A stretch of DNA of 64,000 nucleotides from Mobula hypostoma (lineage: Eukaryota): positions 8,370,001-8,434,000 of the forward strand of contig NC_086098.1 in assembly GCF_963921235.1 (NCBI RefSeq), read 5' to 3'. The position numbers were made by a program, and so were the translations under genes. Of the stretch, positions 24,607 through 36,750 are shown piece by piece; the first letter of the stretch is position 1, and the number at the start of each line of letters is the position of its first letter. The notes under the pieces were generated by a model. It was not told the DNA's origin. It did not search any database and was given only the letters and a program-made list of their open reading frames with translations.

Positions 24607-25654
24607 CTGTGGTTTACATTTCAATGGTGTTTTTGGGCTGATTGAGCAATCTGGTGCTTTGCCATCTCCAAGGGAGTTCGGAGAAGTTTAGAGCAGAGTG
24701 TGCAGCCTGGAGACGGGGGTGTGAGCTCCATTACGTCTCTTCAATTGAGGCATCCAGCAAGGTTGAAGTCAACGAGGATGACAGTAGAGGACAGGCGAAT
24801 GGTCGGCCTCGTCCGCCTGCTATTGATCCGACTTCCTCTCCCTCGTGCTAGCTCTGGGAAGTACAGGAGTCTTAGGGTCCACACTGCAAGGATTGATTGG
24901 CGGGGCTGTGAACTCATTTGAGGGGACTTTGAGATTCATGTTGCCCATGCTTCTGGATTCTGGTGACTTTTTATTTTTCTGTTATTGAGTAGTTTTCTCA
25001 ATGTGGACTGAGGTGCTTTGGCGAAGAATGAACCTGCGGCATGCGAAGGGCTAACAGCCTGTCACTGAGCTGAACTAAACCGAAAACTACTGGACTCCTG
25101 GTTTGACGTTTGCTATTCTGAGTGTCGTTCGCTCTCTTTTTGCCATTTGCGCAGTTTGTTCTGTTTTTCACGTGTTGGGTGTTTGATGTTTTCTTGTTCC
25201 ATGGAGTTTCTTTGCTTCATGGCTGCCTGTGGGAGGACAAATCTCAGAGCTGTGTTCTGTAGACAAACTTTGATAATAAAAGTACTTTGAATCCTTTGAA
25301 ACCAAAGCACCCAGACGAAACCGATAAGGTCACAGAAAGAATGTATAAACTCCTTTAAACAATGACAGGAATCAACACCCCTTACAGCTGGCACCAGAAA
25401 GCAATGTGCTAGCCACTACACTACACTACACGAGAAAACGATGTGCTAACCATTACATTACTGTGCTGACTTGCTGCATCCACCCAGCTCTTTGTGTGTG
25501 GTGCCAAGCCAGCTGCTTCTCCTTTCCGTAGCTCCATTTGTTTTACCTCTTTGCATCCCCAGCACCTGCCCCAAAATCCTCCCCTACCTTGACCGACCAC
25601 ACCCTCCATTCTGTAATGTTACAGAAAACAATTCTGATGAGCAGTGCCCCAAGT

Positions 25655-26820
25655 GCTTGGGTGGCAAAGTGGAGATACATCTCTGCCTAAGGAGGTGTAA
25701 GGTGCTCCTTCTCTCCACTAGCCTGCAGGTCACCCTTGGCCAAGGTGTAGCGCCTGCTTAGCTCCCTAATCAGGGTCACGTGAAGCCAATGGAAGCAGGT
25801 GGTGGATGGCCGTATGAGCAGCTGATGCACATCACAAGTCCTGGGTATGCAACTACTGACACCAGGCAGAAAATCTCTGAAGAGTATTGACAATGGCCAC
25901 GGTCACCTGTCTTGTGGATAAATCTGAGGTTATCCATTTTGGTGGTAAGAACGGGAAGGCAGATTATTATCAAAATGGAACCAAGTTAGGAAAAGGGGAA
26001 GCACAACGAGATCTAGGTGTTCTTGTATATCAGTCACTGAAAGCAAGCATGCAAGTACAGCAGGCAGTGAAGAAAGCTAATGGCATGCTGGCCTTCATAA
26101 CAAGGGGAATTGAGTATAAGAGCAAAGAGGTCCTTCTGCAGCTGTACAGGGCCCTGGTGAGACCACACCTAGAGTACTGTGTGCAGTTTTGGTCTCCAGA
26201 TTTGAGGAAGGACATTCTTGCTATCAAGAGAGTGCAGCGTTGGTTCACAAGGTTAATTCCCGGGATGGCGGGACTGTCATATGTCGAAAGATTGGAGCGA
26301 CTGGGCTTGTATACTCTGGAATTTAGAAGGCTGAGAGGGGATCTTATTGAAATATATATGATTATTAAGGGATTGGACACGCTGCAGGCAGGAAGCATGT
26401 TCCTGCTGATGGGTGAGTCCAGAACCAGAGGCCACAGTTTAAGAATTAGGGGTAGGCCATTTAGAATGGAGCTGAGGAAAAACTTTTTCACCCAGAGAGT
26501 GGTGGATATATGGAATGCTCTGCCCCAGAAGGCTGTGGAGGCCAAGTCTCTGGATGCTTTCAAGAAAGAGATGGCTAGAGCTCTTAAAGATAGCGGAATC
26601 AAAGGTTATGGGGAGAAGGCAGGAACTGGATACTGATTGTGGATGATCAGCCATGATCACAGTGAATGGCGGTGCTGGCTCGAAGGGCCGAATGGCCTAC
26701 TCCTGCATCTATTGTCTATTGTCTATTGTAAAGACACTGCCCAGAAGAAGGCAATGTCAAGCAACTTCCATAGAAAAATTTACCTGAAAAATCATGGTCA
26801 AGACCATGACCGCCCATATC
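25655..26820 (+). mobile_element. RTE-tailed non-autonomous element (copy 1) split by a CR1 insertion
   Basis: 25655-25915 joined to 26728-26820 reconstitutes the uninterrupted copy at 34332-34700 (junction CTTGT^AAAGACACTG). Confidence 0.75.
25914..26727 (+). mobile_element. 5'-truncated CR1 (CTATTGT-tail subfamily) with open ORF2 C-terminus
   Basis: ORF 25887..26636; tail CTATTGT x3 at ~26709-26729. Confidence 0.92.
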
Positions 26821-27657
26821 AAATCAAATCAAGTTTAATTGTCAATCAAACCATACATGGATTCAGCTGAATGAGACGGCATTCCTCTGGGGCCACGGTG
26901 CAAAAGCATATGCGTGCATTCAAAATAATGAGAAAAGAAAAAAAAATAGTCACGCAAGCAAATAAATCTTTTGTCCAAGCCCCTGAGTGCCAAGTCCCAC
27001 CAATTGATGGTTCCCGGCAGTCTAGCCTGTAATTCCACTGGTCCAACACAGGAGGGCAGCACCTACAGGAGAAACCACCCCCTCCCTCCAACCCAGCCCA
27101 GATGCCATGCTACAACGCAAGCCCGAAGACTGAGGTATAGTCCTAGCTACAACTGAGGTGACACTGCTGCCTCGCTGCCTGCCCGCCCACCAAAAAGGTG
27201 GAAGCAGGCCTGCAGCAATCAATGTCCAGCAGGGTCCTGCAGTTGCAAGAGAAACGTCCAAGACTCACGATTTCACTGCACGCTGCCTTTACGCCAACTC
27301 CGGTGCCTCCGAGCAGCACACAGCAGTCCAGTTGCCACCCGGGTCAGCTCTTCCAAACCCTATCCAGCTTCTCCTGTGGACCGATGCCCCGACCCGACCC
27401 TCCTGGCCCAACAGCCCATCTAGACCTCCCCGGTCCAACAAGCCGGCTCACCTTCTCCGAACTGCCAGCTGGCTCTTGTGACACCCCGGCCAGCGACTCC
27501 AAACAATGAGCAACTCACCTTTGCAATGGACCTGTTGTACAGGTAGTTATTGGAGTCAAGGATAGTCTTACTGTATATAAAACACATTTAACAAGGAAAA
27601 AACACCGTTGGTTGGCCACCGACTGGCCACTGCATGTATACGCTCTGCCATCTTACT
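26821..27657 (-). mobile_element. Second non-autonomous retroposon with AAGATGGC head and Rex-like (GATTT)n tail
   Basis: Minus strand starts AGTAAGATGGCAGAG and ends GACAATTAAACTTGATTTGATTT; single copy in window. Confidence 0.55.
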
Positions 27658-29401
27658 AGAAATTCATACAACACAGCGCATAGCATCAAACAAAGTGATT
27701 CAAGAATTATGCCCAACATTTTCTAGCATCTCCGTGCTGGGGGGAGAATCGCACTAGACAATTGTGCATTTACCTTAGAGATTCAGAGTGTATGCACACA
27801 GCTCCGTGTAGACTGCACGTTCTGCCTCAGTAATTATGAATGCCGTAGGTTTCCTGTAGCCATGCACTTTTACTGACGCACTTTCAGCATCCACCTGGGA
27901 AAACCTTTTCTGTTTAAAAAAATAATCTGATGAGTCAATTAAATTAGCTGAGATTAAAGAAAAAAGGTCAGAAAAAAACCCCAGAACAGTGAAATCAAGC
28001 AGCAGAGACTACCAGCACATCAAACAGTTGCCATAGGCCCACATCTGCTGCCTGTAATTTTCCAAAAGGAACTGAAGATTTTTCTATTATTTATAGCCAG
28101 TGTATCAATAATGCTCAAATCCATAATGACTTTAAAAAAGGAGCAAATTTCATTTGGCAACGTATAACAGGCAGGTTGTGTACAGTATGGGATTAATAAC
28201 TACCTCTCGAATTGATGGTGTTCCATCCACTCAGAGGGTTGGCACAAACATCTGTGGCCGCATTGAATAGGTGCACATGTCTTAGAGTGTTGCGTTTGTT
28301 GGAGAGGTGCTGACGACTGACGACTGACGAAAGGTGGCACTTTTCCAAGCATAACATAGGTTCATCAGCTTGCCAAAAAAGGGGCAGCAGGTCAACTTGT
28401 CAGTAACTAAATATCTCAATATATTGTGAGAAGGGACTTTTCACAAGATGATCAGAGGCACATTGGAGACCTTTTCCCAGGGCAGAAATGGCTAAAACAA
28501 TGATTTTAAGCTGATTGGAAGAAAGTGTAGGGGGGTTTCAGAGGTTAAGATCTTCACACTGAGAGAGGTGAGTGCACAGAACACGTGGCCAGGAGTGATG
28601 GTAGAGGCAGATACATCAGAGACTTTAAAAGACTCTTAGATGGGCACATGGATGACTGAAAACTGGAGGGCTATGTGGGAGAGAGGGGCAAGATTAATAT
28701 TAGAGTAAAAGGTGACCAGAAATGAGCATAGGTACACTGAAAAAGATGTATTCCATATTGTTCATCCAGATCAAATCATTACACAGTGCTGTGAGATAGA
28801 AGAAGGTAAAATGATAAAGTGCAGAATGAAGTGCATATACTACACATTACAGTGCAGGGAGACAATAAGGTAGAAGATCATATTGAAGTAGATTGTGAGA
28901 TCAACAGTCCATACATCAATGAGACAAGGCTTGTGATCTCGACAATGTGCCCTCGTATCTTTAGACAGTTATATGTTTAATGGGCTGCACAAAAGCAAAT
29001 TCTCATCTTAAATTATATTTGTAGTGTCCTCGTGGAGTTCCGAGTTTGACGAGAAATTTTACATACGGATCAGAATTTATAAAACATAACATCACTCATG
29101 CTGCGAGTGAATCCAAATTAAAATGCTTTATTATGCAAAAAATGATCTCTCACAAGAGGTCAGTGTTTGAAAGATGACTAACATGTGCTCAAGTGACATT
29201 ATAGCATGCTGAGTTATGAAATCATGAATAATCAGCGAAGGTTTTATACTAGATGCAGGATTATACATGGAAGCATAATGCCAAGGCTACTTGAGTGCCT
29301 GGGTAACAAGAAACAACATTATTACTGCCAATAGAACTATTCGCTGCTAAAAGGATCAGATTTAAGGCTCTGTTTTCAACTTCCCCTCATCTTAACTCTG
29401 G

Positions 29402-30255
29402 TTTACTTACTTATTACTGCCTGTTATGCTGCTGGCATTTAAGGCAGCAATGAAGATCCTTCATCTCTGGTGGTGCTCAGGGCTTCTTTCATCATGTCAG
29501 TAGCTTCCTCTCAGTTTTCACTACTGTCAGTCATGCAAGTCCCAGGTGGAGACTCAGGAATACCGTCACACTCAGATGGAGAAGGATTGTTCACTGCTGT
29601 TTCTGTAACAATTTTGTTTTACCAGTCAGGGTTGTTAGCCCTGAGCTGAACCCCCAAACCTAGAGGACTGGTGGGCCCACTCTTAGTCTGGCCACTAGCC
29701 TTTGATCTGCTTGGCATATATCAAGAGCCAAAGTATAAAGCCCTGAATCTAGACAACATAGCTCTCTGGGTCCTTGAGACACACATGACTTCAAACCCTA
29801 TGACAAGGTTGTGGTCCTCTTGTCACCCGGTTCGAATATGGCCCAAGTGCTGAGTAACAGACACTGAAGCAGGTCGATAGTTCACAAACTTTAATGCGAG
29901 CTGTGTTAAAGGGAAAATAAACAATAAATGCTAGGCCAAATAGGGCCGTTAACTAAAACTCTCAAATGGAAAATGAAGCCTACACTGCGGCTGAAAGAAA
30001 ATCTAAACATTAAAGAATACCACTAGTCTTCAGAGTCAGTTGACTCGACAGTCCAATTTCTCAGGGAAGGCTGAAAGCAAACAGGCAGCGAAGCGTTTCT
30101 GTGCTCTGTCCAAGTCTCGACAAGCACTACGACAACAAGTATGGAGTTTAATACTACCACAATTAAATAATAATTAGCTGACACGTGCATATTCACAAGT
30201 TCAGCTGCCGTATCTACTGCACTGCCGAATCCGTGGCTGTGACACCTCTTGGAGG
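29402..30255 (-). mobile_element. Bipartite RTE-derived non-autonomous element (RTE 5' UTR plus 3' end with TAAG tail) split by a solo LTR
   Basis: Minus strand GGGGGTTCAGCTCAGGGCTAACAACCC (RTE 5'UTR-like) and terminal GCAGTAATAAGTAAGTAA; no RT coding sequence between them. Confidence 0.7.
29821..30244. mobile_element. Solo LTR (424 bp)
   Basis: Starts TGTCAC, ends GTGACA; perfect 5-bp TSD CCTCT at 29816-29820 and 30245-30249. Confidence 0.9.
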
Positions 30256-31239
30256 AACTCTAGTTCCGTTACTGTTAAAGCCAGGGAAAAAATAACTCTC
30301 TTGGTATTATTCTGAAGGAAAACAAGATGATTATCCTTGGTGTCCTGACCAGATACCTCCCCCATCAAAAGGAACAAAAACACGCAATCTGATCTCATCC
30401 AGTGTTGTATTAATGTATCATGAGGTCAGATTTAGATTTTAGGCTTAGATTTATTTATCACATGTACATTGAAACATACAGTGAAATGTTTCATTTGTGT
30501 TAATGACCAACACACCTAAGGAGGTTCTGGGGCAGCCACAGGTGTCACTGCACATCACAGCACAAACAAAGCATCCCCAGCACATTTGGTAGAACAACAC
30601 AGAACATGTCAAAACAGAACATACTAATGGATAAAGCAACAACAGCAAAGCAAGCCTCATTCCTCCTCCCCTCCCACCTGTCCACCCACACACATGCACA
30701 GTCTTCTAAACCCAGAACAGGTCGCCTTCGTTCGCCTGCAGCAGCCTCATGGATTTGCAGGCCAGATATTTAGTGTCACTCTCTCTGAGCTAATCAATAT
30801 GTGGTTGCTTCCAAATCCCCCAGCACCAGAGAAGTTTATTAGAACAATTGGGAGAAAGAGTTTCTCCTTTGATGAACTTTAGCTTTGAATCCAAGACTTT
30901 CCAAAGATTCAAATTATATTTTTTATCAATGTATGCACACTACATATATTGTAGACTGAGATTCATCTTTCCTCCGACAGCCATGAAGCAAAGAAACACC
31001 GTGGAATCTGTACAAAGAACCATCAGACACCCAACCGCAAAAAAAAGCACAAATCGCTCAAACATCAGTAAATGAGCAAAAAACATGCAGAGCATAACTT
31101 TTCAAACTGCAGAGCCATTGAAACACGCTAGGAATATTCTGTTTAGTGCAGTTCAGTTCAATTCAGCACTCTGTTGTTCGTTGACTACAGGCTGCAAAGC
31201 CAGTCTGCCCCTCTCAAAATAGCAATAAAAAAAGAGTAA

Positions 31240-32496
31240 CACACATCAAAGTTGCTGGTGAACGCAGCAGGCCAGGCAGCATCTCTAGGAAGAGGTACAG
31301 TCGACGTTTCGGGCCGAGACCCTTCGTCAGGACTAACTGAAAGAAGAGCTAATAAGAGATTTGAAAGTGGGAGGAGGAGGGGGAGATCCAAAATGATAGG
31401 AGAAGACAGGAGGGGGAGGGATGGAGCCAAGAGCTGGACAGTTGATTGGCAAAAGGGATATGAGAGGATCATGGGACAGGAGGCCCAGGGAGAAGAAAAA
31501 GGGGGAGGGGGGGAAAAACTCAGAAGATGGGCAAGGGGTATAGTCAGAGGGACAGAGGGAGAAAAAGGAGAGAGAGAGAAAGAACGTGTGTATATAAATA
31601 AATAACGGATGGGGTACGAGGGGGAGGTGGGGCATTAGTGGAAGTTTGAGAAGTCAATGTTCATGCCATCAGGTTGGAGGCTACCCAGACAGAATATAAG
31701 GTGTTGTTCCTCCAACCTGAGTGTGGCTTCATCTTTACAGTAGAGAAGGCCATGTATAGACATATCAGAATGGGAATGGGATGTGGAATTAAAATGTGTG
31801 GCCACTGGGAGATCCTGCTTTCTCTGGCGGACAGAGCGTAGGTGTTCAGCAAAGCGGTCTCCCAGTCTGCGTCAGGTCTCGCCAATATATAGAAGGCCAC
31901 ATCGGGAGTTCCGGACACAGTATATCACCACAGCCGACTCACAGGTGAAGTGTCGCCTCACCTGGAAGGACTGTTTGGGGCCCTGAATGGTGGTGAGGGA
32001 GGAAGTGTAAGGGCATATGTAGCACTTGTTCCACTTACAAGGATAAGTGCCAGGAGGGAGATCAGTGGGGAGGGATGGGGGGGGACGAATGGACAAGGGA
32101 GTCACTTAGGGAGCGATCCCTGTGGAAAGCAGAGGTGGGGGGAGGGAAAGATGTGATTAGTGGTGGGATCCCGTTGGAGGTGGCGGAAGTTACGGACAAT
32201 AATATGTTGGACCCGGAGGCTGGAGGGGTGGTAGGTGAGGACCAGGGGAACCCTATTCCTAGTGGGGTGGCGGGAGGATGGAGTGAGAGCAGATGTACGT
32301 GAAATGGGGGAGATGCGTTTGAGAGCAGAGTTGATGGTGGAAGAAGGGAAGCCCCTTTCTTTAAAAGAGGAGGACATCTCCCTCGTCCTGGAATGAAAAG
32401 CCTCATCCAGAAAGCACATGCAGCAGAGACAGAGGAATTGCGAGAAGGGGATGGCATTTTTGCAAGAGACAGGGTGAGAAGAGGAATAGTCCAGAT
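31240..32496 (-). mobile_element. 5'-truncated Penelope-like element (RT thumb, GIY-YIG, terminus)
   Basis: VIYCVRNSRCGLLYIGET in ORF 31872..32105; highly similar to 52164-53410; imperfect flanking duplication ATAAAAAAG(AG)TAAC. Confidence 0.9.
31299..31334 (-). ncRNA. Minimal type I hammerhead ribozyme motif
   Basis: AGTC-CTGACGA-A-GGGT-CTCG-GCCC-GAAA-CGTC^GACT, identical to 53317-53352. Confidence 0.78.
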
Positions 32497-32625
32497 AAAA
32501 AAAGTAACCAGAAACCAGAAACCCATATAGCATGAACTGCAGAGTCCAATCCACAAATCGTGTTGATTAAACCTTGTCCAGGACACAGGATTCCAGCACC
32601 ATACTCTGGTAGCAGTGAACTAGGC

Positions 32626-32850
32626 CAGGGATCCCCAACCCTTTTTTGCACCGTGGACCGGTTTAATATTGACGATATTCTTGCGGACCGGCCAAAGTGG
32701 GGGGTGGGGGGGGGGTGTTCAAGTTCAACAGTGCGTGACAGGGAATGAGGAAAGGTGCAGCTGACTCATATTGTTTCATATCGCCAAATCATATCATTTC
32801 CTCGCGACCTGGTAGCATATGCTTTGCGGCTCAGTGGTTGGGGACCACTG
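32626..32850. mobile_element. hAT/Charlie-type MITE
   Basis: Termini CAGGGATCCCCAACC and GGTTGGGGACCACTG; imperfect 8-bp flanks AACTAGGC / AACTCAGG. Confidence 0.7.
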
Positions 32851-33154
32851 AACTCAGGTAAGAAGTTATGACCAAGACCACAAGCCCACAGATCTTTGAG
32901 TTTGAACGGTGAATGAGTTCAATATGTAAGACCATAAGGCCATAAGATGTAGGAACAGAATTAGTCCCGTTTGCCCATTGAGACTGCTCTGTTATTCCAT
33001 CATGGCTGATTTATTATCCTTCTCAACCCCATTCTCCTGCCTTCTCCCTATAACTTTTGACGGTCTTGCTAATGAGGAACCTATCAACCTCTATTTTAAG
33101 TATACCCAATGACTTGGTCTCCATATCTGTCTCTGGCCATAAATTCCACAAATT

Positions 33155-33750
33155 ATATAACCATATAACAATTACAGAATGGAAACAGGCCATCTCAGCC
33201 CTTCTAGTCTGTGCTGAACTTTTATTCTCACCTAGTCCCACCGACCTGCACTCAGCCCATAACCCTCAATTCCTTTCCTGTTCATATATCTATCCAATTT
33301 AACTTTAAATGAGAACATCGAACCTGCCTCAACCACTTCTGCTAGAAGCTTGTTCCACACAGCTACCACTCTCTGAGTAAAGAAGTTCCCCTTCGTGTTA
33401 CCCCTAAACTTTTGTCCTTTAACTCTCAACTCATGTCCTCTTGTTTGAATCTCCCCTACTCTCAATGGAAAAAGCCTATCCACGTCAACTCCATCTATCC
33501 CCCTCATAATTTTAAACACCTCTATCAAGTCCCCGCTCAACCTTCTACGCTCCAAAGAATAAAGACCCAACTTGTTCAACCTTTCTCTGTAACTTAGGAG
33601 ATGAAACCCAGGGAATATTCTAGTAAATCTTCTCTGTACTCTCTCAATTTTATTGACATCTTTCCTATAATTCGGTGACCAGAACTGTACACAATACTCC
33701 AAATTTGGCCTTACCAATGCCTTGTACAATTTCAACATTACTTCCCAATT
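33155..33750 (-). mobile_element. 5'-truncated CR1 nested in an older CR1 3' end (~32930-33920)
   Basis: ORF 33232..33753; host sequence is continuous across AAATTCCACA / ACTCTCTAGCTAAAGAAATTCC. Confidence 0.85.
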
Positions 33751-34331
33751 CACAACTCTCTAGCTAAAGAAATTCCTTCTCAGCTCTGTGCTAATGGGAC
33801 GTCTTTCTATTATGAGGCTGTGCCCCACTATGAAACATCCTCTCCGCCTCCACTCTATCTAGGCCTTTCAATATTTGATATATTTCAATGAGATCCCATC
33901 TCATTCTTCTGAACTCCAGTGAAGTTTAGACTGAAGACTGGAGGTGAGTGAACGGGAAGTTCATATTTGATCAATTAGAATTTGTGGAAGAGATATACAC
34001 TAATTACTTAGGAACTTGGAGTTAAATGCATAAACAAAAGTTTCAAAATATTTAAAGGAAGGTCAGGGATCAAAAATAGAACTGTGTGTTGTTTATCCTA
34101 GAGTCATAAAACAGAAACAAGCCTTTTGGCTCATCGATCTCTCCTGTATGTAGGTGACCAGAAATGCACACAATACTCCAAATATGGCCTCACCAACTTC
34201 AACATAACATCTCAACTACTGTACTCAATACTTTGATTTATGAAGGCCAATATGCCAAAAGGTAAGTTTATGACACTAACTACCTGTGTCGCCACTTTGA
34301 AGGAATTATAGATCTGTATTTCCATCTGTAT

Positions 34332-34700
34332 TTGGTGCCTGAGTGGAGATGTGTCTCTACTAAAGGGGGTGTAAGGCATTCCTTCCCTTTGATAGCCTGC
34401 AGGTCACCCTTGGGCAAGGAGCAGCACCTGCTTAGCCCCCGATCAGGGCCATATGAAGCCATGGAAGCAGGTAGTGGATGGTTGTATGAGCAGCTGGTGC
34501 ATATCACACATCCTGATTATGTGACCACTGGCACCAGGCAGACAATCTCTGAAGAGTATTGATAATAGCTAAGGTCATCCATCTTGTAAAGACACTGCAC
34601 AGAAGAATGCAACGGCAAACACTTTTGTTGAAAAATTAGCCAAAAGTAATTATATTCATGAAAAGACATGTCATATGACACAGCACAGTATGAACAAATG
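34332..34700 (+). mobile_element. RTE-tailed non-autonomous element (copy 2, uninterrupted)
   Basis: Homologous to 25655-26820; RTE-like GAAGAATGCAACGGCAAACAC tail. Confidence 0.7.
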
Positions 34701-35059
34701 AACTGTGATTCCACTTTCAAAGAATTATGGATCTGTAATTCCAAATCCCTCTGTATTACCACTCTCTACAGTGCCCAACCCATCACAGTATAAGTCCAAC
34801 CCTGATTAGTCCCACCCTGTTACTTGCCTGTTTTATCCAAGCTGTGCAAACAGATATCGGTGGTATGTAATATCTGATTAATTGATAGATTAATTTAAAT
34901 GGAGCTTATTGTAGCAGTTGTGATTGTGCAAATTGGTTATCAAAGCTGTTTCATTCAAACAAGTTCTGCAAGAGATTCTGCAGATTCTGGAAATTCAGAG
35001 TAACACAACAGGTGGAGGAACTCAACAGGTCAGGCAGCATCTATGGAGAGGAATAAAGT

Positions 35060-35754
35060 CACAGTGTGCACTGGCAATGACTGAAATCTGGTCCGGAGGA
35101 ATGGCAATCTCTGTCACAGTGAGTACTGACAGTGACTGACCCAGGTGTGGAGGTACGACAGACTGTGTCGCAGTGAGTACTGACCGTGACTGACCCAGGT
35201 GTGGAGGAACGACAGACTGCGTCCAGTGAGTACTGACAGTGACTGACCCAGGTGTGGAGGAGCGACAGACTGTGTCGCGGTGAGTACTGACAGTGACTGA
35301 CCCAGGTGTGGAGGAACGACAGACTGTGTCGCGGTGAGTACTGACAGTGACTGACCCAGGTGTGGAGGAACGACAGACTGTCGCAGTGAGTACTGACAGT
35401 GACTGACCCAGGGGTGGAGGAGCGACAGACTGTGTCACAGTGAGTACTGACAGTGACTGACCCAGGGGTGGAGGAGCGACAGACTGTGTCACGGTGAGTA
35501 CTGACAGTGACTGACCCAGGTGTGGAGGAACGACAGACTGCGTCCAGTGAGTACTGACAGTGACTGACCCAGGTGTGGAGGAACGACAGACTGCGTCCAG
35601 TGAGTACTGACAGTGACTGACCCAGGTGTGGAGGAGCGACAGACTGTGTCGCAGTGAGTACTGACAGTGACTGACCCAGGTGTGGAGGTATGACACTCTG
35701 TCACAGTGAGTACTGACAATGACTGACCCAGGTGTGGAGGAACAACAGACTCTG
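35060..35754. repeat. Minisatellite: 12 units of 52-54 bp plus one diverged leading unit
   Basis: Unit CAGTGAGTACTGACAGTGACTGACCCAGGTGTGGAGGAACGACAGACTGTGTCG; unit starts 35117, 35171, 35224, 35278, 35332, 35384, 35438, 35492, 35545, 35598, 35652, 35704. Confidence 0.95.
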
Positions 35755-36373
35755 ATGTAGAGAAGTAAGCAGTAGGTTCCACAGAGGAATACCAACGTAA
35801 CATCTGAGGCACAGCCGAGTGACTCCACAAGACAATTCACTCTCAACACACAAGGATCAGCATTAATTAAGAGTCCAATTTAAATAATCATAGAAAGCAA
35901 AAAGTCTCTGCCCATCACAATTAACCTGGCAAGATTCCACAGAAATCTCCAGAGCTTAATGATTCTAGTTAAGACAACAATTAATACCTACAGGTGCTCG
36001 AGAAACTCAGAAGTCCAACACTTTACAGTACGCCGCAGAGCCCCACAGCTTGTGACAAGTAAAGAGCCGCCATTCCGGTTAGTCTAACAGAGATTTGTTC
36101 ATTTGTCTCACGGGGTGGGACAGGTACACACTCAAAATCACTACTGCTCATCCTTTACTGAGGAATGCAACTATTTCACTACATACATACAGCTCCTTTG
36201 AATGGTGACATGGAGTCTATATTACACCTAATAGCAACTTTAAGTTCTGAGAATTATTTTGTAATTAGCTCTCTGTTGCATAATTCAAAACAGCATGTTG
36301 TTCCGGAGTTGGGAGCCAACCCGTCATATCGAATCCATCTGCTAAAGCAGAAAGGATGAAATGATGCATCCCC

Positions 36374-36683
36374 TCTGTGGTCACTTTATCAACTATACCT
36401 GTACACCTGCTCGTTAATGTAAACATCTAATCAACCAATCATCTGGCAGCAACTCAATGTAGAGAAGCACGCAGACACGGTCAAGAGTTTCGGTTGTTGT
36501 TCAGACCAAACATCAGAATAAGGAAGAAATGTAATACATATGAATATATACATATTACCTATATTACTTTGATAATACATTTACATTGAACTTTGAAATG
36601 TGATTAAGTGACTTTGACCATGGAATGATTGATGATGCAAGGCAGGGAGGATCGAGTATCTCAGAAACTGCTGATCTCCTAGT

Positions 36684-36750
<67 letters not shown>

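Noticed and set aside
27774..27907. Selenoprotein exon (Cys-rich frame with two TGA codons)
   Set aside because: No recognisable selenoprotein homology and no SECIS evidence; two TGAs in 45 codons are expected by chance.
35115..35710. CACAGTG heptamers as V(D)J recombination signals
   Set aside because: No ACAAAAACC-like nonamer at 12 or 23 bp spacing and no V, D or J segments nearby.
35117..35754. CRISPR-like array or coding repeat (ORF 35022..35849)
   Set aside because: Units are contiguous with no unique spacers, there are no cas genes and the context is eukaryotic; unit lengths of 52-54 shift the frame, so the ORF is incidental.
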